Below, in pieces: positions 41,266 to 51,081 of a stretch of 51,081 nucleotides of DNA. Numbering within the stretch: the stretch's first letter is position 1; every line of letters begins with the position of its first letter. The position numbers and the translations under genes are program-made. The notes under the pieces are model-generated. The model ran no database searches. It was not told where the DNA came from and saw only the letters and a program-made list of their open reading frames with translations. Origin of the DNA: Myxococcales bacterium (GTDB lineage: Bacteria; Myxococcota; Myxococcia; Myxococcales; 40CM-4-68-19); assembly GCA_036393595.1 (NCBI GenBank), contig DASWGQ010000053.1:1-51081 (forward strand), given 5' to 3'.

Positions 41266-41326
41266 TCAGAATCCTCCCATAACGTCCTCGCCGTGAAAAG
41301 CGTAGCGCCGCCGAATACGGCGGCGA

Positions 41327-43247
<1,921 letters not shown>

Positions 43248-43251
<4 letters not shown>

Positions 43252-44915
43252 GGAACCCCTTCCTTGGTGTCCTTGGGCGCGGGCCGCTCGCCGAGGGCGA
43301 GGGCGAGCGCGCGCTTCTCGCGCTCGATCAGCGCGTCATCCTTCAGGCCCTTCGCCACCGCCAGGTAGACGTCGTGCAGCTCGGGGTCGAACGGGTCCAC
43401 CGAGATGCCTGCGTCCAGCGCGCTGCGCGCCTTGAGGTACTCGCCGCGCTTCTCCAGCACCCGCGCGTAGAGCACCTGGGCCGCCTCGTCCTGCGGGTCG
43501 CGCGACACGGCCGCGGCGAGCGCGCTCTCGGCCTCGCCCAGGCGCCCCAGCTGGATCTGCGCGAAGGCGTAGCGGCGCGCGAGCAGCGGCACTTCCCGGG
43601 AGAGGCGCGCGCGGGCCTTGCCGTACTCGAGCGCGGCGGCCGCCCAGCGGCGGCGCGCGAAGAAGATCTCCCCCAGGCGCACCGCTCGCTTCGCCTCCGG
43701 ATCGGTCGGCCGCTCCTCGACCGCGTCCTGCGCGGCGCCCGCCCCCTTCTTCCTCGCGTCTTCCTTGAAGATCAGCTTGCGCGAGGCGAGGGGGCGCGCC
43801 GAGCCGGGCGCCTGGCTGGCGGGCTCGCGGCGCGGCTTGAGCAGGTCGGCGCGCCACTCCTGCTCGAACTGGGCGAACGGCTTGCCGTACGCCTGCGCCA
43901 CCGCGTTCTCGTCGGAGAAGCCGGTCGCCATCGCCGCCACCAGCTCGGTCAGCGCCTGCTGCCCTCCGCGCTGGTGGAGGAGCTTGATGGCGGACTCCAC
44001 CTCGGCGAAGGCGAGCGCGGCCATCTCCTGCGTCGGCAGCTTGGCGATGGACGGGTGCATGGCGGCGAAGGGGATCAGCTTGCGGTCCCGCGCCGCCCTG
44101 GTGAGCAGCCCGGTCGACGTCTCGTCCACCGCCTGTCCCGGAGCGCCGCGCCAGCGGGTCTCGAGGAACTTCGCCAACCCTTCCTGCAGCCAGATGGGCA
44201 CCGCGTTCCGGCCCTTGCGGGTGACCAGGTAGTGGACGAACTCGTGCGAGAGCGTGTCCAGCCAGGCGTAGCCGCGCAAGAGCGCGCGCGGCGAGGTGAT
44301 CATCAGCCGGTTGTACTTGCAGAGCGCGATGGTGCCGCTCGCCTTGATCTCGGCGACGGTCAGCGGCGAGACGCGGGCCAGCGCCTGCGCAGTCTCGTAC
44401 ACCTCGACGCGCACCTTCGCCGGTGGCGAGTAGCCCAGGTCCCGCGTCAGCGCGGCGTACGCTTTCTCCAGCGCCTCGAGCGCGTAGGGGACCAGCAGCG
44501 CGTCCTTCCCGGGGCGCGTGTACACGACGAAGTGCGCGCTCTCTTGCGCCTCGTCGCCCTTCACCTCGTCGGCCGCGGCCTGGGCGAGCCTCGCCTGCGC
44601 CTCGAATCCGTCGATCTGCGCGGCGCCGCGCGAACGGGCCTCCCCGAACGCCGCGACCGATTCGGCGTACTTGCCCTGCTCGAACAAGACCCGGGCCCGG
44701 AAGTAGGCCGCCGCCACCGACCCCCGATCCTCGGAGGTGAGCTCGTCGAGCCCGCGCTGCGCCCCCTCGATGTCCCAGGCCTCCAGATCGCTGTCGATCC
44801 GCTCCGCGATCTGCGAGGTGGAGCGCGCCGGGGCCGGCAGCGCCGCGAGGGTGACGAGCAGGAGCAGCGGCCGCGGAAGACCGCCAGCCGCGAGCCGCAA
44901 GCCGCGAGCCGTCAC
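43248..44915 (-). CDS. Secreted MA-clan zinc metallopeptidase-like protein with C-terminal TPR repeats
   Basis: The GTG start at 44915 overlaps the upstream stop (GTGA). The signal-like N-terminus is [21 protein letters not shown]. The zincin motif is [12 protein letters not shown]-like helices sit at both ends. The stop overlaps the MoxR start (ATGA). Confidence 0.6.
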
Positions 44916-47900
44916 TTGACCAGCTCCTCGTAATACTGCTTCACCCGCTCCTGGTATTTCTCCGGCGCCTTCTGCTTCATCGCGTCGAGCAGCTCCTTGC
45001 GGAACTCCTGCGGCCCGCGCCCCGCCTCGGCGTCGGGGATCTCCACCTTCTGCGTGTCCATGTCGCCGGAGTCGTTCTCGCCCTGCGAGCCTTCCGGCTC
45101 GCCCCACGGCATCGGCATGCGCGGCCCGCTCTGGCCCTTGCCTCCGGCCTGCTTGGCCATCTGCTGCATGGCGTCCTCGAACTTCTGCAGCTGCTCGAGC
45201 GCCTGCTCCTCGCCGGCCTGCGCGCCGCGCGGCTCGCCCTGGCCGAGCCTCTGCTCCGCGCGCCCCATCCCCTCCTGCGCCTGCTGCAGCATCTGCTCGT
45301 GCTGGGGCCCGAAGATGGGCACCTTGCGGCCCACCTCGCCCAGCTGGTTGCGCGCCTGCTGCAGGTCCTCGCCGATCTTCCTCTGCTCGGCCTGCTGCCG
45401 GAGCATCTCCTGCATCTGCTCCGGCGTCATCGGCTCGGCGCGCGGCATGGTCTGCTCCAGCTCGCTCACCACCTCGCGCAGGGGCGGCGCGGCGCCCTGC
45501 ACGCCCTTCATCCCGCGCTTCACCGCCTCCGGATCGCGCACGAACCCTGGATACCGCTGCGCGAGCTGCTCCTCCATTCCCAGGCGCGCCTGCAAGGTCT
45601 CCACCGCGCGCAGGCTGCGCTCGGCCTGCTCGAGCGCCTCGGAGAAATCGCCCGACTCCAGCGCGCGCGACAGGTCGTCGACCCTCGACTGCGCCGCCTC
45701 CAGCACGTCCTCCAGGCCCATGCGCTCGGCCAGCTTCGAGTCGATCTGCTTCACGCCCTGACGCGCCTGCTCCACCTTCTCGCGCAGCCGCCTGGCCAGG
45801 TCCTTGCCGCCGCGCTGGTCGAACCGCTTCTGCTGCTGCGCGCCCATCTCGCGGCGGACCTGGGCGGTGCGCTGCTGCAGCGCCTTCTCGCGCGCGGTGA
45901 TGTCGCGCAGCTTCTGGGCCGCCTGCGAGAGCTTCTGCGCTTCCTCCGAGTACTGGCCGCCCTGCTCGTCCTGCGCGCGCTGGGCGAGCCCCTTCTCCAG
46001 CTTTTCCAGATCTTGCCCGAGCTGGTCGAGCTGCTTGAGGGCGTCATCCACCTTTCCGCTCTGCAGCTTGCGCTGGATGTCCGAGAGCTGCGAGAGCAGG
46101 TCCTGCTGCCGCTCCACGTTCTCCATCGCCTCGGCGTTCAGGTGCTCGTCGCGGATGCCGCGCGCCATCTCCTGCATGCGCGCCATGAGGTCCTGGATGC
46201 GCTCCCGCATCCGCTCCACCTCGGAGAGGATCTGCCGCTTCGTCTCCTCGTCGGGCGCCTTGCGCAGCTTGTCCGCCAGCCGCGCCAGCTCGCGGCGGGA
46301 GGCGGCCAGCTCCTTGCCGATCTCCTGCATGGCGTCGAGCCGCGCCTTGTCGAGCAGGTCCTGCAGGTAGAGGATGTCCTTCTCCTCCTCGGCGATCTCG
46401 GCGGAAAGGGCGTGCGAGAAATTGCGCTGCGCGCCGTCGAGGCCGGCGGACCCGCGCGAGAGCGGGGCGCGCGCCAGCGAGGTGCGGCGCACCGCCGGGC
46501 CCAGCGAGCTCGCCGCGTAGCGCAGCGCGCGCCCGACCTCGCGCGGCGACAGCTTGTCCTTGATCAGCGCGGTCCCGGCCGCCTGCAGCTCCGAGACGAG
46601 CTGCAGCGCGCGCTGGTCCGAAGAGCCGGTCGCCGCGTACCAGCCCGCCCCGTCCGTGGGCGGCGCGGGCTTTTCCTCGATGCGGTCGGCCGCGAGCAAA
46701 ACCAGCCGCTCCCACAGCGCCTGGGCCCGCAGCAGCGCCTCCCGGCTGTGCTCCGCCGCGGAGAACACCTTCAGCACCTGCGTGGCCGACGCGCCCCGCT
46801 GCGGACCGTCGACGGCGTCGTTGTCGCGCGCCTCGACGGCGTAGGTGACCTTGTCCCCGGCACGCAGCCGCAAGGGCGACAGCTCCCAGGAGTACGTCCC
46901 CCGCAGGCGCCGCGCCGCCTGCCCCGGGGTCTGGAGGACGACGCGCTCTTCCTTGCCCCCCGCGAGCTGGAACAGCAGGGCGACCTGCGAGACGCCGTAG
47001 TCGTCCGTCGCCGACCAGTTGAGCACCACGCGCCCTTGCGGATCGACCTCCAGCGTCTTCTCCGAGGGCGCCTCGAGGGTGACTTGCGGCGGCTGGTCGG
47101 CGACGATCTCGACCGGGCGCTCCGGCCCCTGGGCGATGGTGCGCCCCTTGGCGTCGAGGAAGCGGAAGCTCCAGCGCCCCGGCTGGGTGAGCGTGAGCGA
47201 TCCGGAGAGCTGCCGGCGCCCCGGCCCTTGCGAAAGGAGCTTCACCGGCTTGCCGTTCACGATCGCCGCCGCCTCGGCGAGGTCGCGGTCGGCCCGGGCC
47301 GCGATGTGCGCCTCGGTCCCGCGCGGCGCGCGCAGGTCGCCCGCGGTTCCCTCCTCGGTGCGCGCGGGAAGTCCGGTGTACTGTGGGTACAGGTAGGTGA
47401 TGGTCAGATCGCCGACGATGGGGGACAGCTCCGGCGCGGGCGCGGCCGCGTCGCCTCCGCGCAGCCGCGAAAGCCCGAGCGCGAAGCGCCGCGGCGCCGC
47501 CAGCTGGAAAAGCCCCGCCGCGATCAGCGCACCCGCGAGGACCGCCAGGGGCAGCCCGGCCGAGCGCAGCGGGAGCTTCCCGCGCACGTCGAGCGAGCGC
47601 GCCTGGCCCGCCGCCCGCACGTGGAGCAGCGCGAGCAGGTCGCGCGAGATGCCCGGCTGCTCGGGGGCGCGGGACAGCTCCACGCTCGAGAGCAGCTCCG
47701 AGGATCCGGCCAGGAGCCGCGCCAGCGCGGCGTCATCGCGCGCCGCGGCGCGCTGCAACGGAGACCGCAGGGAGAAGACGACGACCCCTGCCGTGGCGGC
47801 GAGGAGCACCACCGCCGCCGCCGCACGCGCCACGATCGCCGGGGCGAACGAGCCGAGCAACGCTCCGGCGCAGAGGGCAACCACGGCGCCGGCGGCCAAC

Positions 47901-48070
47901 AACGCGGCGGCGCGCAGGAGCGCGAGGCCGCGCGCCCGCCGCCGCGCCCGGCCGAGCAGCGCGTCGACTTCCCGCCGGGCAAAGGCCCCCTGCTCCGCCA
48001 GCGCCGACAAGCGGGAGGGAACGAGCCCGCCCAGCTCGGGGATCTCGGCTGTCGGCTGGGGCAGTTGCAT
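44912..48070 (-). CDS. Large membrane-anchored coiled-coil protein (DUF4175-like)
   Basis: The ORF runs to 48124, but its first 18 codons have poor GC3, so I prefer ATG 48070 (MQLPQPTAEIPELGG...). There are three hydrophobic TM-like stretches in residues ~60-220 and a beta-rich middle (LNWSATDDYGVSQVALLF). About 500 aa of Glu/Gln/Arg/Leu-rich coiled coil follow, ending ...KQYYEELVK. Confidence 0.6.
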   Translation of the reverse strand: MQLPQPTAEIPELGGLVPSRLSALAEQGAFARREVDALLGRARRRARGLALLRAAALLAAGAVVALCAGALLGSFAPAIVARAAAAVVLLAATAGVVVFSLRSPLQRAAARDDAALARLLAGSSELLSSVELSRAPEQPGISRDLLALLHVRAAGQARSLDVRGKLPLRSAGLPLAVLAGALIAAGLFQLAAPRRFALGLSRLRGGDAAAPAPELSPIVGDLTITYLYPQYTGLPARTEEGTAGDLRAPRGTEAHIAARADRDLAEAAAIVNGKPVKLLSQGPGRRQLSGSLTLTQPGRWSFRFLDAKGRTIAQGPERPVEIVADQPPQVTLEAPSEKTLEVDPQGRVVLNWSATDDYGVSQVALLFQLAGGKEERVVLQTPGQAARRLRGTYSWELSPLRLRAGDKVTYAVEARDNDAVDGPQRGASATQVLKVFSAAEHSREALLRAQALWERLVLLAADRIEEKPAPPTDGAGWYAATGSSDQRALQLVSELQAAGTALIKDKLSPREVGRALRYAASSLGPAVRRTSLARAPLSRGSAGLDGAQRNFSHALSAEIAEEEKDILYLQDLLDKARLDAMQEIGKELAASRRELARLADKLRKAPDEETKRQILSEVERMRERIQDLMARMQEMARGIRDEHLNAEAMENVERQQDLLSQLSDIQRKLQSGKVDDALKQLDQLGQDLEKLEKGLAQRAQDEQGGQYSEEAQKLSQAAQKLRDITAREKALQQRTAQVRREMGAQQQKRFDQRGGKDLARRLREKVEQARQGVKQIDSKLAERMGLEDVLEAAQSRVDDLSRALESGDFSEALEQAERSLRAVETLQARLGMEEQLAQRYPGFVRDPEAVKRGMKGVQGAAPPLREVVSELEQTMPRAEPMTPEQMQEMLRQQAEQRKIGEDLQQARNQLGEVGRKVPIFGPQHEQMLQQAQEGMGRAEQRLGQGEPRGAQAGEEQALEQLQKFEDAMQQMAKQAGGKGQSGPRMPMPWGEPEGSQGENDSGDMDTQKVEIPDAEAGRGPQEFRKELLDAMKQKAPEKYQERVKQYYEELVK

Positions 48071-48152
48071 CGGACCGGCCAAGGATGTGGGTCTATCTGC
48101 GGGACTCAAAGCCCGCAAAACCATCGTAGTCTAGACAACGAGGTAGGGCTTA

Positions 48153-48317
48153 CATTCCCGCCACGCCTGGAGACGGGTAGACGTGCGGGCAACCATTCCC
48201 GCCACGCGTGCAAACGGGCAGACCGTGCGGGCAACCATTCCCGCCACGCCTGCAGACGGGCAGACGTGCGGGCAACCACTCCCGCCACGCGTGCGAACCA
48301 GCAGGCCTGCCACGAAC
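48153..48317. repeat. Four tandem 41-42 nt direct repeats (the last one degenerate), each with an internal imperfect hairpin
   Basis: The units are 48153-48193, 48194-48235, 48236-48276 and 48277-~48317. The consensus is CATTCCCGCCACGC(C/G)TG(G/C)A(G/A)ACGGG(T/C)AGAC(G/C)GTGCGGGCAAC. Within each unit, CCCGC(C)ACG pairs with CGTGCGGG. The array lies in the divergent region between the DUF4175-like operon and the ECF sigma gene. Confidence 0.85.
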
Positions 48318-48355
48318 GTCGCTCTCATGAATAGAAGCTCGATCGGGCGCGTCCG

Positions 48356-48982
48356 ATGACCGAGACCAGGAAGCCGCCCGAGCGGGGCGCAGCTCCGCCG
48401 GACGACAGGTCGCTCGTTCGGGCCGCGCAGGGCGGCGACGCGCACGCCTTCCGGGCCCTGGTGGAGAGGTACCAGCGGCGCGTCTACCAGCTGGCGCTGG
48501 GGATGGTGAGAGACTCGGACGAGGCGATGGACATCACCCAGGAGACGTTCGTCAGGGTGCACCGCTACCTGCCCTCGTTCAAGGGCGACTCGTCCTTCTT
48601 CACCTGGACCTATCGGATCGCGACCAACCTGTGCCTGGATTCGGCGCGCAAGCGGGGACGGAGCGAGCGGGTGGAGCTGGACGAGAGCGACGCGGAGATC
48701 GAGGCCGGCATGGACCCGCCCTCGGCGGCGCTCGCGGGCCCGCAAAGGGCCGCGCTCAACGCGGAGCTGAAGGGCAAGATCGAGGAGGCCCTCGCCACGC
48801 TCTCGGAGAACCATCGCGCCATCCTGCTGCTGCGCGAGGTGGAAGGCCTGAGCTATGAAGACCTGGCCCGGGCGCTGGGCATCCGCAAGGGGACGGTGAT
48901 GAGCCGGCTCTTCCACGCGCGGCTGAAGATGCAGCGGAAGCTGCGCGAGTACCTGGGAGACGAGGCGGAGGACGAGGAATGA
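48356..48982 (+). CDS. ECF (sigma-70 family, group IV) RNA polymerase sigma factor
   Basis: 208 aa. Region 2 reads FRALVERYQRRVYQLALGMVRDSDEAMDITQETFVRVHR...FFTWTYRIATNLCLD. The region 4 HTH is EGLSYEDLARALGIRKGTVMSRLFHAR. Confidence 0.9.
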   Translation: MTETRKPPERGAAPPDDRSLVRAAQGGDAHAFRALVERYQRRVYQLALGMVRDSDEAMDITQETFVRVHRYLPSFKGDSSFFTWTYRIATNLCLDSARKRGRSERVELDESDAEIEAGMDPPSAALAGPQRAALNAELKGKIEEALATLSENHRAILLLREVEGLSYEDLARALGIRKGTVMSRLFHARLKMQRKLREYLGDEAEDEE

Positions 48983-49509
48983 AGCGGCGTTGCGAGGAGT
49001 CGGTCCCTCTGCTCGGACCCTGGATGGACGGCGAGCTGCCCGAGGAGGACAGCGCGTGGCTCGCCGAGCACGTCGGCTGCTGCCCGACGTGCACCGCGCG
49101 CAAGGCGCTCCTCGCCGCGCAGCGCGACGCGGTCCGCGAGGCGGTGGTGCGGCGCGCGTCCTCCGCCGACCTGTCGCGCCTGGCGGACGCCGTCATGGCG
49201 GGGGTGGAGAAGGACCGCGCGCCCGCGAAGGTGCTGCGCCTGCGCGTCTGGGGCACGGAGACCTGGAGGGCCCACAGATCCGGCATCTCGGCGGGCGCGG
49301 GCCTGGCAGTCGCGGCCTGCCTGGCGCTGGTCGCGATCTTCTCCCCCCTGCGCAGCGATACGCCGGCGGGGCCGCTGCTCGCGGACGCCCGATCGCTGGG
49401 CGCGACGCTGGAAGCCATCGATTTCGAAAACCACGAGGGGGCGGTGCTGCAGGCCGGCCAGACCACCGTGATCTGGGTGGACGACGACGGGCCTGCGGTG
49501 CAGCAGTGA
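48979..49509 (+). CDS. Anti-sigma factor (zf-HC2 type, single-pass membrane protein)
   Basis: 176 aa. The start overlaps the sigma gene stop (ATGA). The H-x3-C-x2-C motif is in HVGCCPTC, and the TM segment is GAGLAVAACLALVAIF. Confidence 0.75.
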   Translation: MKRRCEESVPLLGPWMDGELPEEDSAWLAEHVGCCPTCTARKALLAAQRDAVREAVVRRASSADLSRLADAVMAGVEKDRAPAKVLRLRVWGTETWRAHRSGISAGAGLAVAACLALVAIFSPLRSDTPAGPLLADARSLGATLEAIDFENHEGAVLQAGQTTVIWVDDDGPAVQQ

Positions 49510-49997
49510 AGGCGGTCGTCGCCGCGCTCGCCCTCCTCGCCGCCGAGCGCGCGCAGGATGGTGGCGCCGCCGCGCAGGGCTCGCGCGTGCGCATCACGGT
49601 GCGAGCCATCGCCGCGACGAGCGGCGCGGACTGGATTGACCCGAGGCTTGCGCCGATCGCGCAGAATCTGGCCAAATTCGCGGAGGATTTCCGCTGGCGG
49701 AACTTCCGGCTGGCCAGCGAGCAGTCCCTCGAGCTGGCTTTCCAGACCGCCGCCGAGATGGAGCTGCCCGGCTCGCGCAGCCTGCAGGTCACGCCCCGGC
49801 AGATGGACCCGGACGGCCGCATCCAGGTGCACCTCGAGCTGCTCGGGGAGCACCCGGCGCACACGCGCAAGCTGCACACCGACTACACCATCCCCCGGGG
49901 GGGGACGATCTTCGTGGCCGGGCTGCGGCTCGATCCGAAAAAGCCCGAGGCGGGGACGCTCCTGGTCGCCATCACCCAGGGCATGGGCGGCGACTGA
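49506..49997 (+). CDS. Hypothetical secreted protein co-transcribed with the ECF sigma/anti-sigma pair
   Basis: The GTG start at 49506 overlaps the anti-sigma stop (GTGA). The signal-like N-terminus is VKAVVAALALLAAERAQD. It is 163 aa with good GC3, and no family was recognised. Confidence 0.5.
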   Translation: MKAVVAALALLAAERAQDGGAAAQGSRVRITVRAIAATSGADWIDPRLAPIAQNLAKFAEDFRWRNFRLASEQSLELAFQTAAEMELPGSRSLQVTPRQMDPDGRIQVHLELLGEHPAHTRKLHTDYTIPRGGTIFVAGLRLDPKKPEAGTLLVAITQGMGGD

Positions 49998-50053
49998 CTG
50001 CTGACGCCGTGCCGCGTGCGTGCCATAAGTGCGCGCCTCACGAAAGGACTGCC

Positions 50054-50716
50054 ATGATTCGCCTCGCCATCGCCGTTCTGCTCGCCCTTCCTCTCGCCGC
50101 GCGCGCGCAGGCGCCCAAGACCGACGACGAGAAGACGCTCTACGCCATCGGCTACCTCACCGGCGTCCGGGTGCAGTTCCTCCAGCTCAAGCCCAGCGAG
50201 CTGAAGGTCCTGGAGCAGGGGTTCCACGACGCGGCGGCGGGCGCGAAAGCGAAGGCGGAGCCGGAGGAGCGGCAGGACGCGATCAACAAGCTGGTGCAGG
50301 CGCGCACCAACGCGGCAGCCGACAAGGAGAAGGCGGCCTCCAAGGACTTCCTCGCCAAGGCAGCGCAGGAGAAGGGCGCGCAGAAGACGCCCTCGGGGCT
50401 GGTGATCAAGGTGCTGCGTCCCGGCCCGGGCCCGAGCCCGAAGGAGACCGACAAGGTCAAGGTCAACTACGAGGGCCGGCTGATCAACCGCACCGTCTTC
50501 GACTCCTCCTACAAGCGGGGCCAGCCGGCGGAGTTCCCGCTCAACGGCGTGATCAAGTGCTGGACCGAGGGCGTGCAGAAGATGCACGTCGGCGAGGAGG
50601 CGGAGCTGGTCTGCCCGTCGGACATCGCCTACGGCGACCACGGGCACCCGCCGGCCATCCCGGGCGGCGCCACGCTGATCTTCAAGGTCGAGCTGCTCGG
50701 CATCAACGGCCAATAA
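50054..50716 (+). CDS. FKBP-type peptidyl-prolyl cis-trans isomerase (FkpA/Mip-like, periplasmic)
   Basis: The internal ATG at 50054 gives MIRLAIAVLLALPLAARAQA (signal peptide). A helical N-domain precedes the FKBP domain (VNYEGRLINRTVFDSSYKRGQPAEF...PGGATLIFKVELL). Confidence 0.9.
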   Translation: MIRLAIAVLLALPLAARAQAPKTDDEKTLYAIGYLTGVRVQFLQLKPSELKVLEQGFHDAAAGAKAKAEPEERQDAINKLVQARTNAAADKEKAASKDFLAKAAQEKGAQKTPSGLVIKVLRPGPGPSPKETDKVKVNYEGRLINRTVFDSSYKRGQPAEFPLNGVIKCWTEGVQKMHVGEEAELVCPSDIAYGDHGHPPAIPGGATLIFKVELLGINGQ

Positions 50717-50717
50717 G

Positions 50718-50750
50718 GCACGACCGCTGGCCATTTTGCTCGGGTCGTGC
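50718..50750 (+). terminator. Hairpin after the FKBP gene
   Basis: GCACGACC (50718-50725) pairs with GGTCGTGC (50743-50750) around a 17-nt loop. No clear T-tract follows. Confidence 0.35.
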
Positions 50751-50803
50751 TGTGGTCCGCCGCGGTCGCGCTCGCTTCACTTCACGCGGCCAGGGGGCAT
50801 GTC

Positions 50804-51081
50804 ATGAAGACGATCTGCAAGACGGCGCTGCCGGCGCTCGCCGCGGCGGCGCTCGTCGCATCCGCGGCCCACGCCGGGAGCAACAAGACGGGCTCGCTCA
50901 AGCAACGGTTGCAGGGGACCTGGACGCTGGTGTCCGCCGTCCTCGACCAAGGAGGCAGCAAGTCGGAACCGTTCGGTCCCAGCCCGAAGGGCAGCGTGAT
51001 CCTCACCGGCAACGGCCGGTTCGTGCTGATCATCACGCGTGCCGACATCCCCAAGTTCGCCTCCAACATCCGCACGACGGG
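50804..51081 (+). CDS. Lipocalin-like domain protein (5' part; the gene runs off the window end)
   Basis: Not in the track because it is open at the edge. ATG at 50804 follows AGGGGG and gives MKTICKTALPALAAAALVASAAHAGSNKTGSLKQRLQGTWTLVSAVLDQGGSKSEPFGPSPKGSVILTGNGRFVLIITR... This shows a signal peptide and the L.GTW.LVS...G...P.G.L..T..GR pattern. Confidence 0.55.
   Translation, partial: MKTICKTALPALAAAALVASAAHAGSNKTGSLKQRLQGTWTLVSAVLDQGGSKSEPFGPSPKGSVILTGNGRFVLIITRADIPKFASNIRTT

Noticed and set aside
48106-48340. The tandem repeats considered as a CRISPR array, or as the 60-aa ORF 48106..48288(-) with a repeated ARLQAWREWLPAR peptide.
   Set aside because: The units abut directly with no unique spacers, and no cas genes are nearby, so this is not a CRISPR array. 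The ORF is simply the repeat read in one frame, with poor codon bias and no start context.

Overview
This is a very GC-rich chromosomal segment. It is almost certainly from a member of the Myxococcota, because one small protein ends in a textbook MYXO-CTERM sorting tag and the gene content and order are of the deltaproteobacterial type. Most long ORFs in the six-frame track are antisense or alternate-frame artefacts of the GC bias. I called genes from recognisable protein motifs, GC3-consistent frames, and stop/start overlaps.

I recognised no rRNA, tRNA, CRISPR array, transposase, integrase or prophage genes.

Gene content, from start to end:
- **1-3.5 kb:** hprK (open at the window edge), a lipoprotein oligopeptidase B, and ptsN.
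- **3.0-14.5 kb:** an ~11 kb single-strand envelope chain on the minus strand, running kdsB-pyrG-kdsA-(NodB deacetylase)-(small OM barrel)-kdsC-(LpxL-type acyltransferase)-lptC-lptA-lptB-rpoN-hpf-ptsN. Many junctions are 4-nt stop/start overlaps.
- **15.9-26.2 kb:** nucleotide-sugar and amino-sugar genes (wecB, an SDR epimerase, ugd, glmS, glmU), with rluA and a YqiA-like esterase interspersed.
- **26.3-31.4 kb:** TatD-like hydrolase, a TPR-zincin lipoprotein, moaC, trxB and a stand-alone cNMP-binding protein.
- **31.7-38.9 kb:** radC-recQ-ssb, then a divergent peptidoglycan pair (PBP4/dacB-like and nagZ).
- **39.1-48.1 kb:** a translationally coupled five-gene module of MoxR, DUF58, BatA-vWA, an MA-type zincin with TPR, and a DUF4175-like coiled-coil protein.
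- **48.4-51.1 kb:** an ECF sigma/anti-sigma operon divergent from that module, an FKBP isomerase, and a partial lipocalin-like gene.

The window is largely core genome. The parts most worth a second look are:
- the MoxR/vWA/zincin/coiled-coil module together with its neighbouring ECF operon;
- four tandem 41-42 nt hairpin-containing repeats in the divergent region between them;
- three long compound hairpins at gene 3' ends that share an architecture (each arm is a tandem duplication, with TTTCA/TGAAA-type flanks on two and a TGAAA flank on the third) but not a sequence;
- a decayed-looking ~1 kb patch at 27.1-28.1 kb containing a 142-aa MYXO-CTERM mini-protein;
- a PBP4 with a ~330-aa helical-repeat extension, whose signal peptide seems to start upstream of any canonical start codon.
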